Notes: generated from the sequence alone by a model not told the origin. A DNA stretch of 64,000 nt from Pseudomonadota bacterium (GCA_918234285.1 CAKJXZ020000010.1:1-64000), one strand, 5' to 3'; positions 27,601 through 37,785 are shown, counted from the first letter of the stretch. Translations and numbers: made by a program.

Positions 27601-30600
27601 ACGGCTCCAACATTACCAATAACAATTCTATTAAAGTATTCGGCGATGATGCTTACGGAATTTATGCTTCCGACGTTGATTCAATAATTATCAACAGCAA
27701 AAATGCCGTCATTGATGTGGGCAATACCGAAATAGGAGAAGAAGGCAGGGTAAGAAACAGTTATGCTATTCATCACGGTGGTAGCGGCGAGCTCGCCAAT
27801 TACGGTACTATAAATATGTATACGGAAGGTGATTCCATAGCCATTGATTCAACCGGCACGGCACACGTTATCAGCGGCGGCATAATTAACCTGATGGGCG
27901 AAGATCTGACGGCTATCCGCGCTACCGGCGGAAAAGTAACCAATAAAACAGATATTCTGTTATTAAACCACAATAATACCGGTGTGGAATTGTCCGGCGA
28001 TGCCGAGCTTATTAACGAAGAGGGGGTAGAAATCAATGTCGGCAATGAAGAAAAAGAACTCAACAGCAGTTATGGTATAAAAACCGTGGCAGCCAACGGC
28101 GTTAATATTACCAATAAAGGATTTATAAACTTATACAACAAAAACTACAGTTATGCCATTCTGGCCGACGGAACCGTCAATATAAATAATACTCTTACCG
28201 GAGAAATCAGCTCGCATACCAATAATTCCACGGCGATATTGGCTACCGGTAATGTTTATTTAGGTAATGCCGGAAAAATCATTGTTCCGGGTGATAATGC
28301 TTATGGTATTAAAGGTGAAGGACAATCAAGCGTTGTGAGTGTAAACAACAGTGGCAGTTTTTCTGTCGGTGGCGGTTTTGCTTTGGCAAACGACAAAGGT
28401 GCGGCCATTTATGCTCCGACTGCCGGAAACATTATAAACAGCGGAAATATTACCTTTTATAACGGCAACGGCTATGGTATTTATGCCGATGCCGGTGACT
28501 CAATTTCCAACAGCGGCTTTTTGGAAGTTATGCGCAGCAGCGATGTAGCAATTTACGGCGGTGCGGTCAGTTCTGTTTCCAACAGCGGCACTATCAAGAC
28601 AAATTATGAAAACAGCAAAGGTATTGAAGCGTCCAATGGCAGTACCAATATAACCAACAGCGGCAGTATTAATATTGTTAACGGTAACAACGGTTATGGT
28701 ATTTATTCTATGGGTAGCGGAAAAATCAGTAATACCTCGGGAGCAACAATAACTGTCAGTAATGCAAACAGAAGAGATGAGGCAACAGGTGAATATATCG
28801 ATGAAATCGGTAACGGTATTTTTGCACCGAATACTTCAGGGATAAATAACGGAGGATCAATTTATTTATATGCTTCCCGCGGCGGTGCGATAGAAGGCAA
28901 CGGAGAAATCGTTAACTCAGGATTTATCGGTGCTTATTCCACCAGTAACTTCGGTATTTATTCCTCCAGCAACGCCAGTGTGCGAAATTTAGGAACTATC
29001 GCTATTACCGACGGTTTCGGTATTTCTACCTTAGGTAACGTTACCAATGATTCCAGCGGTTCCATTAATACACCTAACGGTATTTCCGTTAAGAACGCCT
29101 CATCTTTAACCAACTCCGGCGAAATAATAGCGAACTCGTCATCGGCTACCGTGGTTGACGTTACGACTATTATCAATAATCAAGACAGTTTGATTAAAAA
29201 CACTCACCCGACCGGTTATGCCATTCAAGATGCCACAACCATTACCAATTACGGCACCATCATGGCGGAAGATGTGGCTATAAAGAATTCTACCACTTTG
29301 AACAACTCGGGTTTAATTACATCCGATGCAACCTCTGCAACACTAGTAAATGTTGATTCCGTAACCAATAATTCCAGCGGTTCAATTATTAACTCTTCCT
29401 TTGCGGGATATGCCATTCAAAACGCACATACGATTATTAACAGCGGCACAATCAACAGTAGCAGTCACGCTATCCATTTTGACGTATCCGGTTCCTTGAA
29501 AATTGAAAACTACGGAACCATAACCGGCGGAAATACCGCTATTCATGCCGATCTTAAGTTTGCCAATTCGGCTTCCATTCTTAACCGAGGAATTATTAAT
29601 GCTTCGACTTACGGTATGTATATATGGGTTCCGAACAACACAATGTCGGTATCAATTGTTAATGACGGCACCATAAATGCCCCGATCAATATTTACATAT
29701 ATAAGAATTATCACTTCACTCCGGTTTATGATGCTGAAGGTAAAATTACCGGATATACTCCGGATAGAGACGGAACCACCGTCACGGCCGGAAGTGCCAA
29801 TGTTTTGATTGATTGTACCGGCGGTATTTGCGAACTTCCGAAGGAAAATCCGTCCACAACTTCTGACGACGACCCGGTTGCACCTGTTTTCGCTTCTTCT
29901 TTAGTTGCCACCAACGATCCTTTATCTTTAAGCAACGTCAGATTGGTTAACCGTGGTGTTATTGCCACATCGGGTAATGTTGATTTCGGTACGCAAAGCG
30001 AAGGCGATGCGCAAATTTCCATCGGTTCAGGTGGTTCATATCAAGCCGAATCATTTACCGGTACCATTCAAGCCGATGCCGATATTGTCGAAGGCGGTTT
30101 TGAAACGACTTATGTTAACGAAAATTCTTTTGTCGGTGAAAACAACGGGATTGAGGTGGTTTCACAATCATATATGTTTGATGCTTCAACTCAGGAAAAC
30201 GAAGACGGTAATACAGACGTTGTTATGACTATGAAGCCGTTTAGCGAGGTTGTTGATGATAACGGTATTTCCGAATATTTGTCCCGTAACTACGAAGAAC
30301 AAAACAGTGAAGAGGTATTCAACACCTTAAAATCAGCCGCCGACGAAAAGAACTTTATTTCTTATCTTAATAAAGAACTCGGTCTTGATTTTATCCCGAA
30401 TCTAACCAAACAAAGCTTTGATGACGAGCGTAACATTTCCACCGAAATTAATAGTAATTTGTTGGCTTTGCAGGATAAAGATGTTCGTAATGTTATTAAT
30501 TTGACTGTTTATAACAATGATGCAAAATCCAAAAACGCAACCGCAGGATATAAAGAAAAAGTGATGGCTGTTCATGGTTTCAGCGATAAGGCCGTCGGTG

Positions 30601-31277
30601 ATAATCTGCGCGCAGGTATCGGTTTGAGTATTGCCCGCTCCGACAGTGATTATGACGGTAATTCTTCTCGTTATAACAATACCGTTTCAGCTTTTGTACC
30701 GATAATTTTCGATGAAGACTATCTGACCGCTTTAATTAAACCTAAGGCAGGAATGTCGCGCGGACATTACCGTCGTGACGGTGTGAATAATGTTTATAAA
30801 GCCAAAACCAAAGAATATTTCTACGGCGCCGATATTGCGGCAAACAAGAAAATCTCTTTTGATTCCTTTAGTCTTACGCCGGTTGTCGGAATTGATATAA
30901 CCGAGTTGCATGCAGGTGAAATCAACGAAGGAAACGGCGGTCTGAAAATCAAGAAAGAAAATACCTTATCCGCTCGCTCCGTATTGGGTATTGATGCCGA
31001 TAAAAAATTTGCCTTAAACGGTCATTCCGCAATTGTGTTTACTGTTGGCGCGAAGTATTTCCACGAGTTTGGCGATAAATATAAAAATTATGCACAGTTG
31101 GAAGAAACTTCCGGATATTTCCGCATTGACAACAATCGTTTTGAACGTGACTTCGGGTTGTTTAAATTCAAAGCCGGTTATAACTGGAAAGATGTGGATA
31201 TGGATGCCGCGGTAATCGTACCGATTGAACATAAATACAATCCTTATTATATGTTCAATGTTAAATATAACTTTTAA
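24660..31277 (+). CDS. Large autotransporter/adhesin (2205 aa) with N-terminal ankyrin-like repeat
   Basis: Signal peptide, NIDSLNSDGDTGLCIAA, WWWLGG TM segment, many NxGxI beta-helix repeats, C-terminal barrel ending YNF. Confidence 0.8.
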   Translation: MFKNTLFSRAVGLLTLYAFSSAVLPHPARAERGLAPISFDEMYSLAENGEVEALRASNFRGLNIDSLNSDGDTGLCIAARRHDVYTYNSFRAAGANPRHPCTQKISDYNDFLEKSKVVGLEGTSREALSAMGNKETYKVGSSLWWWLGGAVVAGGALWLILSHHHGGSHDDSGSGGGNIDPDYNSLGANAYSHGGALYTTYGSAKNKSNLSFDNTEMKNLDTIDLRRNALKNTDYIKSILYAESGGSYVNDVDTLLNVGVGTIGMNAVKKSTINNDGYIKVDSVNASVGMVASEGSSAENHGSGIITRVANPNGINMNFSGYSEDATIVGMYADTKSNIANYGDIYGRAIKSAKKESTDEDKSDTNTGASSQDTVPILFTDAVDNLITLDDGDDQEKPSQVTSSIGTLIGMEAMILNVGSSLKNDKITVINAANGNIYLSAGDSGTTEESITVELIGMGSYLDDAFLNGSYILSRAESVVLLNEGTINLSYSGNYTASSNTALRKGLGGIVGIRADANAEAENKGIVKIVLQDEFQNEGVNVAAGMQSVHGSNLTNSGEITIFTPSENKRINYGMLAVEGSGTNSSLYANLHPILTNTGTISTQVSNSFGMASFVGGKVINEGRIIVGGEETRFNSNIAMYGYGSTEKAFLDNLGTIDLYSYNSIAMQNDYAGGTDLINNGLINVYESAVDSYAFGGAYSNLYNNGTIDYRATSSKQEDTAGTGIAYNPFANYVISIGTSIMSSKSRSVKEDTVDYKSSTTEALYNNSDHLIVMRGSSYVSAMSVEKNDNAESTQAKAYNNGTIQIEDRLTFNATNAVGMYIGNGSLNNAGIYNNSIITTNSLFSAAMASNSTKNADVINNGTITTRKENSLGIYISDVSNVINNKYINILGNNSVGMQAGYSSGSAQTKDYVYPYITNAKDGIITVGGVLEEEHVENSFGIYADIGAKESYTSLAAQIKNDGCIFLYTKNIGAAIYSGSNGSNITNNNSIKVFGDDAYGIYASDVDSIIINSKNAVIDVGNTEIGEEGRVRNSYAIHHGGSGELANYGTINMYTEGDSIAIDSTGTAHVISGGIINLMGEDLTAIRATGGKVTNKTDILLLNHNNTGVELSGDAELINEEGVEINVGNEEKELNSSYGIKTVAANGVNITNKGFINLYNKNYSYAILADGTVNINNTLTGEISSHTNNSTAILATGNVYLGNAGKIIVPGDNAYGIKGEGQSSVVSVNNSGSFSVGGGFALANDKGAAIYAPTAGNIINSGNITFYNGNGYGIYADAGDSISNSGFLEVMRSSDVAIYGGAVSSVSNSGTIKTNYENSKGIEASNGSTNITNSGSINIVNGNNGYGIYSMGSGKISNTSGATITVSNANRRDEATGEYIDEIGNGIFAPNTSGINNGGSIYLYASRGGAIEGNGEIVNSGFIGAYSTSNFGIYSSSNASVRNLGTIAITDGFGISTLGNVTNDSSGSINTPNGISVKNASSLTNSGEIIANSSSATVVDVTTIINNQDSLIKNTHPTGYAIQDATTITNYGTIMAEDVAIKNSTTLNNSGLITSDATSATLVNVDSVTNNSSGSIINSSFAGYAIQNAHTIINSGTINSSSHAIHFDVSGSLKIENYGTITGGNTAIHADLKFANSASILNRGIINASTYGMYIWVPNNTMSVSIVNDGTINAPINIYIYKNYHFTPVYDAEGKITGYTPDRDGTTVTAGSANVLIDCTGGICELPKENPSTTSDDDPVAPVFASSLVATNDPLSLSNVRLVNRGVIATSGNVDFGTQSEGDAQISIGSGGSYQAESFTGTIQADADIVEGGFETTYVNENSFVGENNGIEVVSQSYMFDASTQENEDGNTDVVMTMKPFSEVVDDNGISEYLSRNYEEQNSEEVFNTLKSAADEKNFISYLNKELGLDFIPNLTKQSFDDERNISTEINSNLLALQDKDVRNVINLTVYNNDAKSKNATAGYKEKVMAVHGFSDKAVGDNLRAGIGLSIARSDSDYDGNSSRYNNTVSAFVPIIFDEDYLTALIKPKAGMSRGHYRRDGVNNVYKAKTKEYFYGADIAANKKISFDSFSLTPVVGIDITELHAGEINEGNGGLKIKKENTLSARSVLGIDADKKFALNGHSAIVFTVGAKYFHEFGDKYKNYAQLEETSGYFRIDNNRFERDFGLFKFKAGYNWKDVDMDAAVIVPIEHKYNPYYMFNVKYNF

Positions 31278-31286
31278 GAATGGCAT

Positions 31287-31314
31287 AAAAAAACCTCCGT
31301 AAAGGAGGTTTTTT
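31287..31314. terminator. Bidirectional terminator
   Basis: A-run, acctcc-gtaaa-ggaggt hairpin, T-run. Confidence 0.75.
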
Positions 31315-31401
31315 TGGTGCGCTAGGCCGGACTTGAACCGGCACGGGATAAATCCCAACAGATTTTAAGTCTGCAGCGTCTACCTGTTCCGCCACAAGCG
31401 C
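31315..31401 (-). tRNA. tRNA-Leu(TAA)
   Basis: gcgcttgtggcggaacaggtagacgc...ctTAAaa, long variable arm, ggttcaagtcc, CCA end. Confidence 0.92.
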
Positions 31402-31569
31402 ATTGACTGTTATGCTTTATACATAAAAATTTTTTATTTTGCAACATAAAACTTGTTTTTTTTTATAAAATATGCTTAATTATTTTTGGAAAGAGGAAGA
31501 ACTTTCCTCTAGTTAACTTATGAACACGACAGAAACAGCGTTTCGGTGTTCTTCGAGGAGTAGACTTAA

Positions 31570-32277
31570 ATGAAACCGGCAAAAAATTCTCTTCATACTT
31601 TTATTTTTCCTAACTTAAATGAAGACGGGTGGAAATTTGTCAGCACGGCAGCTCTTGTTTCCGTTGTTTTTGCCTTAATTTGGTTTCCTTTAGGTTGTCT
31701 GTCTTTTGTTTTTACAATAGGGTGTTTTTATTGTTTCCGCGATGCACCGCGGGTTACTCCGGTTTTATCCGGTGCGGTGATTGCGCCGGCCGATGGCTGT
31801 ATTGTTTCCATAAACAAAGAAAAAGGGCCGGATGCACTCGGTTTACAAAACAAAAATTTCACACGCATATCAATCTACAGTAGCATGTTTGATCAACACA
31901 TCAATCGTATTCCCATAAAATCAAAAGTTTATAAAACTTTTTATGATGCCGGTAAAAACTTTACCGGAAATTTCAAAAGAGAAAATATGGGTAATGAAAG
32001 AATGTTGATTTGCCTGCGTCATAGTGAGGGTAAGGAGATTGTTTTGCAACAAACCGCCATTTTTTGCAATAAAAGAATCAAAGATAAAGTTAAATATGCT
32101 CAGGAATTTAATGCCGGAGAACGTTTCGGTTTTATGCGGTTCGGCGGATATACCGATATTTTTCTGCCGGAAAAAACCGAACCTCAAGTTTGCGTGGGGC
32201 AAACCATGATTGCCGGAGAAACAATTATGGCGGACATTAAGTCAGACGCACCTCGTATTGAAGGAGAAATAAGATAA
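31570..32277 (+). CDS. psd: Phosphatidylserine decarboxylase homolog lacking the cleavage-site Ser
   Basis: FRD.PR, APADG, HINRIP, NER motifs; RFGGY instead of RFGS; adjacent to pssA. Confidence 0.8.
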   Translation: MKPAKNSLHTFIFPNLNEDGWKFVSTAALVSVVFALIWFPLGCLSFVFTIGCFYCFRDAPRVTPVLSGAVIAPADGCIVSINKEKGPDALGLQNKNFTRISIYSSMFDQHINRIPIKSKVYKTFYDAGKNFTGNFKRENMGNERMLICLRHSEGKEIVLQQTAIFCNKRIKDKVKYAQEFNAGERFGFMRFGGYTDIFLPEKTEPQVCVGQTMIAGETIMADIKSDAPRIEGEIR

Positions 32278-33101
32278 TGATAAAAAAAATAAAAACAGGA
32301 ACAAAATCTGTTTTGCAGACAAAGACCGAAATAAAGAAAAAAGCTATCGGTAAGTTAAAAGAAGTGCCGTTTAGAAAAATGGCACCGAATATTGTTACAC
32401 TGATGGCTTTGTGCGCCGGTATTACTACCATTCGGTTCGCTATTATGGGAAAATGGACTTATGCTATTTTATGTATTTTCTTTGCCTGTATTTTTGACGG
32501 ATTGGACGGCCGCGTTGCCCGCAAATTAAAAGCATCATCAAAGTTCGGAGCAGAGCTTGATTCCTTATCTGATTTTGTGAGTTTCGGTGTGGCACCGGCT
32601 ATTTTGATGTATCAATGGTCGCTCCATGCCTTACCGCATTGGGGTTGGATTCTTACTCTGGTTTTTTCGGCAGCGATGTCTATGCGTTTGGCTCGGTTCA
32701 ACACAATGCTCGAAAACACATCAATTCCGGAATATTGGTCACACTATTTTGTAGGTGTGCCAGCACCGATGGCAGCAGCAATCGGAGTTATGCCGCTTCT
32801 GATTTGGTTTGATAACAAAGAGTTGGAATTTATTTTGCGTAATCCGTATTTTTGCGGTTTTATAATGTTTTTGGTGGCCTTTTTGATGGTCAGCCGAATT
32901 CCGACGCTTTCTTTGAAAAAAACCAAAATCAGCAGCGATTGGTTTGTACCGTTAATGGTTTTGTTTGCGTTGTTTGTAAGTTGCTTAATAACAAAACCTT
33001 GGTTGACACTGGGCGTTTTCACCTTGTGTTATGTTTTGACCATACCGCTGACGGTTATGCGCTTTATAAAAGAAAAAAGAGTAGCGGAAAAAGCCGAATA
33101 A
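32277..33101 (+). CDS. pssA: CDP-diacylglycerol--serine O-phosphatidyltransferase
   Basis: DGLDGRVAR...FGAELDSLSDFVSFGVAPA, RLARFN. Confidence 0.93.
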   Translation: MIKKIKTGTKSVLQTKTEIKKKAIGKLKEVPFRKMAPNIVTLMALCAGITTIRFAIMGKWTYAILCIFFACIFDGLDGRVARKLKASSKFGAELDSLSDFVSFGVAPAILMYQWSLHALPHWGWILTLVFSAAMSMRLARFNTMLENTSIPEYWSHYFVGVPAPMAAAIGVMPLLIWFDNKELEFILRNPYFCGFIMFLVAFLMVSRIPTLSLKKTKISSDWFVPLMVLFALFVSCLITKPWLTLGVFTLCYVLTIPLTVMRFIKEKRVAEKAE

Positions 33102-33135
33102 AATTAAAAAAGTTCCCTTTTTCTGGGAACTTTTT

Positions 33136-33414
33136 TTATATTAAACCTCCGGTATGAAGGCAATAATTTTGGCTCTTGAGGTTATAGTGTTTAAATACTT
33201 CGCAAGTGGCGCATAAACACCCGTTTGCTTCTAAAATACAGTCACTTTTTTCATATGCGCAGAACATTTTTTCATAATGCCCCGTATTATCAAAATTTTT
33301 CATCAGTTTGATGAAATTTTGCGGGGCATTTTTCATTTTACAATGATTAGTATACGACGGGCATTTCATGCATAGACACTTACTTAAATTTTCCAGATTT
33401 TTTTCAACTTTCAT
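33136..33414 (-). CDS. Cys-rich small protein, DUF2769-like
   Basis: CLCxxCPSY...FC...C...GCLCxxC...YC; start at MKVEK with GAGGAG RBS. Confidence 0.7.
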   Translation of the reverse strand: MKVEKNLENLSKCLCMKCPSYTNHCKMKNAPQNFIKLMKNFDNTGHYEKMFCAYEKSDCILEANGCLCATCEVFKHYNLKSQNYCLHTGGLI

Positions 33415-33521
33415 CTTTTTTTCTCCTCGGCAAATAGATATTATGCGCCGAGCTTTTTTCAAGTCGTAAAAAATCAAATATTGTATTTTTTTGTATTTGT
33501 ATGTTCCGCTTTTTTATTAGA

Positions 33522-33806
33522 TTATATGCGTTTAAATACACCGTTTTCCACCGGTGGAAGATATATTTTAAGTTCCGGAGTTTCTTCTATTTTATCAACA
33601 CGACCGAACAGCGGTCCCTTATATAAGTAGGTTTGCATTTTATTGATTTTTTCTTCTTCTCCCGACATTAAAACCAAAACGTCGCCATCAGGAAGATTGC
33701 AGGCATAACCGGAAATATCACCGATAGAACGAGCCAAACGAACGGCCCAAAAACGAAAACCGACACCTTGTACCCGACCACTGATTTTTAAGCACCGTTC
33801 ACTCAA
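33522..33806 (-). CDS. acyP: Acylphosphatase
   Basis: GRVQGVGFR, NLPDGDV motifs. Confidence 0.92.
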   Translation of the reverse strand: MSERCLKISGRVQGVGFRFWAVRLARSIGDISGYACNLPDGDVLVLMSGEEEKINKMQTYLYKGPLFGRVDKIEETPELKIYLPPVENGVFKRI

Positions 33807-34291
33807 CTTTGCAAATACCTTTCTATTTCTTCCAAATCTTCTTTTACCAACCGGCGCAAATTCAATGCTGCCACATCCTCACCCCATTTTTGGTTTTGAT
33901 AAAACTCCTCCAAAAAAGAGGCATACAAAGCATCTGTAGCGCCGATTTTTTGCTTTACCAACAACAACCCCAGCAACACGGATTTCATTTTTGATGCAGC
34001 CAAAAAACAAGCCGTAAGTTCTTTATCTGACATATTATTCAGATGACGCGCAAATTCTTGCTTTAAATCGGCATCTTCTTTCAAATATAAGCCGGTTGTT
34101 GTTTTTACGTTCAATTTAAATACACTGTTCAGCTTATCTAAAAGCGGTTGCCAATGCTTTTTTTGAAAGGCTTGTAAATCAGGATTATCACTCCAAAAAA
34201 GTAACGTATCCGCCGACAAAAAACGGCAAAGATCATTAATAACCTCCGTTCTTTTCGGCGCTATACTTTTTTGATATTCGACGAGATTCAT
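33803..34291 (-). CDS. ATP12 family chaperone (shortened)
   Basis: DTLLF, Q..HWQPLL, S.LLGL, EE.YQ..KWGED motifs. Confidence 0.75.
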   Translation of the reverse strand: MNLVEYQKSIAPKRTEVINDLCRFLSADTLLFWSDNPDLQAFQKKHWQPLLDKLNSVFKLNVKTTTGLYLKEDADLKQEFARHLNNMSDKELTACFLAASKMKSVLLGLLLVKQKIGATDALYASFLEEFYQNQKWGEDVAALNLRRLVKEDLEEIERYLQS

Positions 34292-36441
34292 TATTTGAAC
34301 AATCCTTTAAGTTGTTTACCGATTTCTTTGATTTGTTTGCCGGCATCTTTAATTGTTTCTTTGGTATTGGTATATCCTTTGGATACAGCTCCGGTTGCCG
34401 ACTTGTCTTCCGGAAAATAATCTGCATAAACCGTACCCGTTAACGCCGTATGACAAGGTGCGCTGTCTGCCGAAAGAACCATATCACCAACATTATATGC
34501 GCCGCCAGAAGCAAGAATACCTATAACGTTTTTGGCCGTAGATGTTTGATTTATGCCGAGTTTAGGATTTTTAATCGTACCGGTAATTTTAACCAGTCCA
34601 CCCAATACGTTGGAAATATTAACATCGGTAATTTTACCGGAAAATGGTTGTAAATTCAAATTTATTTTATCGTTTTGCATATTGACTTTACCATCTGCAA
34701 CCAAATAAAAATCATTGGCATCGACCGCAATACCTTTCGGAAATTTCACCACACCGCCGGAAATATCGCCGCGCACAACAGCACATTTGAGTTTGGTGTT
34801 TTTGTTGTTGACATTGATATTAATCATATTCAGTAATTGCACCAAAACATTACCTTGCAGCTTTTCCAAACTCTTTATTTGTAAAACCGATTTATCAACC
34901 AAACCTATTATCTGTCCGTTCATATTGGCAAGATATTGGTCGGTATTGCTACCGGAAGTATTTATTTTTACCAAAATATTTGACTTTCCGCCTTCTTTAA
35001 TTAAAACTTCATTATTGGCAGTGCTCAACGGCTTATAAAACTGCTGCAATATGATATTTTTACCGGTAATATCGGCACTCATGGTTTGATTGGTACCGTT
35101 TAAACCGATATTACCGCTAATGGTTCCGCTGCCGGCGGTAATATTTTGAATAGCAACATTTAAAACACTCTTTTTAAGCGTAGCGTTCAACCTGACATCA
35201 TTGAGCGCCATATCATTGTTTAGTGTAAGTTTTTTCAAATTTGCGCTTATGTCGGCATTGGCCATTTTTAGGTATTGATAAGGTATGACCGTATTAGCCA
35301 TCAGTTCAGATGCTTGCGCCGAACCGATAAACCAATTTCCTAAATCGACTTTTTTATCTTCAGATTTTTTTACTTCATTTTTTTTTTGAAAATCCATTAA
35401 ATTAAAACCTTCACCTTTTATATTCAACTTTATATAAGGCAAGGCTTTAGGGGAGGTTATTTCCACATTTCCGGATATGGTGTTGTTTTTGAACACGGTG
35501 TTTTTGACATTAGCTTTAAATACACCGTTCTTGACCGAGGCGTCGCCTTTAACATTGGTCAAAACAATATCATTATCCACTACGATTTTTTTAACATCTA
35601 TATCGATATCGGCATTGACCATTTTCAGATAATCGTATGGAATTTGCGTATTCGGAATATAATCCGCCGCCGCAGCCGATTTAATAAACCATCCGCCGCC
35701 GAGAGCAGCCTGCTTTTGCCCCGTAAAGTCTTTAATGCTGATTTTTTCGCTGTCGGCATTTAATTTAATATAAGGTGTTTCATTTTCCAAACTTGCATTA
35801 ATATTGCCGGATATTTTGTTGCTTTTATAAGTTATTTCATACTTTCCGTCAGCTTTTATTTTTTCTTTAAGACCATCAATATTTCCGCTAAAATCAAGCA
35901 TATATCCCATAGCATTGATAACCGTATCAAGATCAATCGTATTAAAAGCGGAATCCTTTATTTTATTGATTGAAGATATCTTGCCGTTACCGGTAATATT
36001 TACATTTGCCACCGTGGTATCAAAATCAAAACTTATCGGCGTGTCGGAGCTTTCCATACCGGTATTCAGATGATTAATTAAAACACTGTCTTTTTCGCCG
36101 TAAAAAATTTCCGTATTGCCGGTTTCAACCCTGTCGACCACGATTTCTTTATGCAATAACGGCATAATGGAAATTTGCACCAACGCGTTTCCGATACGAG
36201 CCAGCTTTTTTTCTTCGCGATTTACGGTAACGTCGCTTAGTTCCAAACTCGGTTTTAAGGACACGCCTATATCAATATCTCCGGCTATTTTTACATCCAA
36301 ACCGGTATATTTATGGGCCATTTCCTCAATTTGCGGCTTGTATTTATTCAAATCGGCAAACTTCAAAAATCCGATAACTCCGCCGACTAAAATAATAGGA
36401 ATTAAAACAATAACACAAATTATCCATATAAATTTTTTCAT
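34291..36441 (-). CDS. AsmA family protein
   Basis: N-terminal anchor, DLNKYKPQIE...TG, C-terminal CAV...G..NP motifs; internal duplication. Confidence 0.8.
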   Translation of the reverse strand: MKKFIWIICVIVLIPIILVGGVIGFLKFADLNKYKPQIEEMAHKYTGLDVKIAGDIDIGVSLKPSLELSDVTVNREEKKLARIGNALVQISIMPLLHKEIVVDRVETGNTEIFYGEKDSVLINHLNTGMESSDTPISFDFDTTVANVNITGNGKISSINKIKDSAFNTIDLDTVINAMGYMLDFSGNIDGLKEKIKADGKYEITYKSNKISGNINASLENETPYIKLNADSEKISIKDFTGQKQAALGGGWFIKSAAAADYIPNTQIPYDYLKMVNADIDIDVKKIVVDNDIVLTNVKGDASVKNGVFKANVKNTVFKNNTISGNVEITSPKALPYIKLNIKGEGFNLMDFQKKNEVKKSEDKKVDLGNWFIGSAQASELMANTVIPYQYLKMANADISANLKKLTLNNDMALNDVRLNATLKKSVLNVAIQNITAGSGTISGNIGLNGTNQTMSADITGKNIILQQFYKPLSTANNEVLIKEGGKSNILVKINTSGSNTDQYLANMNGQIIGLVDKSVLQIKSLEKLQGNVLVQLLNMININVNNKNTKLKCAVVRGDISGGVVKFPKGIAVDANDFYLVADGKVNMQNDKINLNLQPFSGKITDVNISNVLGGLVKITGTIKNPKLGINQTSTAKNVIGILASGGAYNVGDMVLSADSAPCHTALTGTVYADYFPEDKSATGAVSKGYTNTKETIKDAGKQIKEIGKQLKGLFK

Positions 36442-37367
36442 TTTTTAATCTCCAATCCGAAAAATTTACAAGCTTCCGCAAAATGCTGCGGCAATGTTGC
36501 TTTAATAATGGTTTTCTTGCCGTAAACCGCCGTTAAATCTATTTCATAAGCGTGCAAATAGAGTTTATCGGCAACTTCTTTCAGGCGCAATCTTTCTTTC
36601 CCGAAATATTTGTCATCACCCAAAATCGGTGTGCCGATGCTTTCCAGATGCACCCTGATTTGATGGGTGCGGCCGGTCAGCGGTTTTGCTTCCACCAATG
36701 CGTACTTTTTACCGATATTATCCAACACCTTAATTTCCGTCAATGCTTTTTGACCGTCTTCAACAATCTGCATGCGTTCACCTATTTTTTCCAGTGCAAA
36801 ATTAATTACACCTTCGCGCGGTTCCGGACACCCTCTGACCAATGCCAAATAAGTTTTTTGCAGGCTGTGTTCACGAAAAGCTTTGGTTAAAATATCGGCA
36901 TATTGGCGATTACGCGCCAACAACAGCAATCCGCTGGTATCTTTATCAATGCGGTGCACCAGCTTCGGTCGCTCGTTATTTTCAAACATCAACGCATCAA
37001 GCAAACCGTCAATGTGCCGTGTGGTATTGGTTCCACCCTGCACGGCAAGTCCTGACGGTTTATTCAAAACAATGATGTTTTTATCCTTAAAAATAACCAT
37101 TGATTGGATGTATTCAATATCTTTGTCGCTCAATTTTTTATCATCAATCACTGCTTTTTCATTATCAAGCGGGGGCAACCGCAATTCCTGTCCGGCCGCC
37201 AGACGGGTAGAGGTTTCGGCTTTTTTACCGTCAACCTTTATTTGTTTGGTGCGCAATAGTTTTTGCAATCGACTCAAACTCAAAGAAGGATATTCGCGTA
37301 AAAACCAGCGATTTAAGCGGATTCCATCGTCTTCCGGCTTTATTTTTACAATACTGACACCGCCCAT
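36438..37367 (-). CDS. rluC: RluA-family pseudouridine synthase (RluC-like)
   Basis: S4 domain, NKPSGLAVQGG, HRIDKDTSG, TGRTHQIRVH. Confidence 0.88.
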   Translation of the reverse strand: MGGVSIVKIKPEDDGIRLNRWFLREYPSLSLSRLQKLLRTKQIKVDGKKAETSTRLAAGQELRLPPLDNEKAVIDDKKLSDKDIEYIQSMVIFKDKNIIVLNKPSGLAVQGGTNTTRHIDGLLDALMFENNERPKLVHRIDKDTSGLLLLARNRQYADILTKAFREHSLQKTYLALVRGCPEPREGVINFALEKIGERMQIVEDGQKALTEIKVLDNIGKKYALVEAKPLTGRTHQIRVHLESIGTPILGDDKYFGKERLRLKEVADKLYLHAYEIDLTAVYGKKTIIKATLPQHFAEACKFFGLEIKK

Positions 37368-37368
37368 T

Positions 37369-37785
37369 TTAACGACCTCCTTTTTTCTTGGTATTTACAG
37401 CGCCGATTTTCAGCGGAATACTGCGTTTCAAACGTTTTCTTTCGGCTTTTTTATAAAACTTTTCCTGTTTTTTTTCATCAATTAACACCGGCTTTTCACT
37501 GGGAAATAAATCTTTTTCATCAATTAACACCGGCTTTTCACTGGGAAATAAATCTTTTTTATCATACATCCGCACCTTTACCGGCTGAATATCGGTTATA
37601 ACAAATCCTTCAAGTCGTTGTTTTTCGTGTTCGTTTAAGTGTTCACGTTGCTCTTTTGAGATATACACACGCCATTCCACCTGTTTTTCGGCCAACATTT
37701 TAAGACGGCGTTCTTCCGACATAGTTTTGAAAAAATCATACTCCAGAATTACCGCAAATATTTTATTATTATTCATTTCCGTCAT
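37369..37785 (-). CDS. Hypothetical protein with internal 14-aa duplication
   Basis: Coupled between rarA and rluC; ends KKKGGR. Confidence 0.65.
   Translation of the reverse strand: MTEMNNNKIFAVILEYDFFKTMSEERRLKMLAEKQVEWRVYISKEQREHLNEHEKQRLEGFVITDIQPVKVRMYDKKDLFPSEKPVLIDEKDLFPSEKPVLIDEKKQEKFYKKAERKRLKRSIPLKIGAVNTKKKGGR
37471..37554. repeat. Perfect 42-bp tandem duplication
   Basis: tttttcatcaattaacaccggcttttcactgggaaataaatc occurs twice. Confidence 0.9.
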
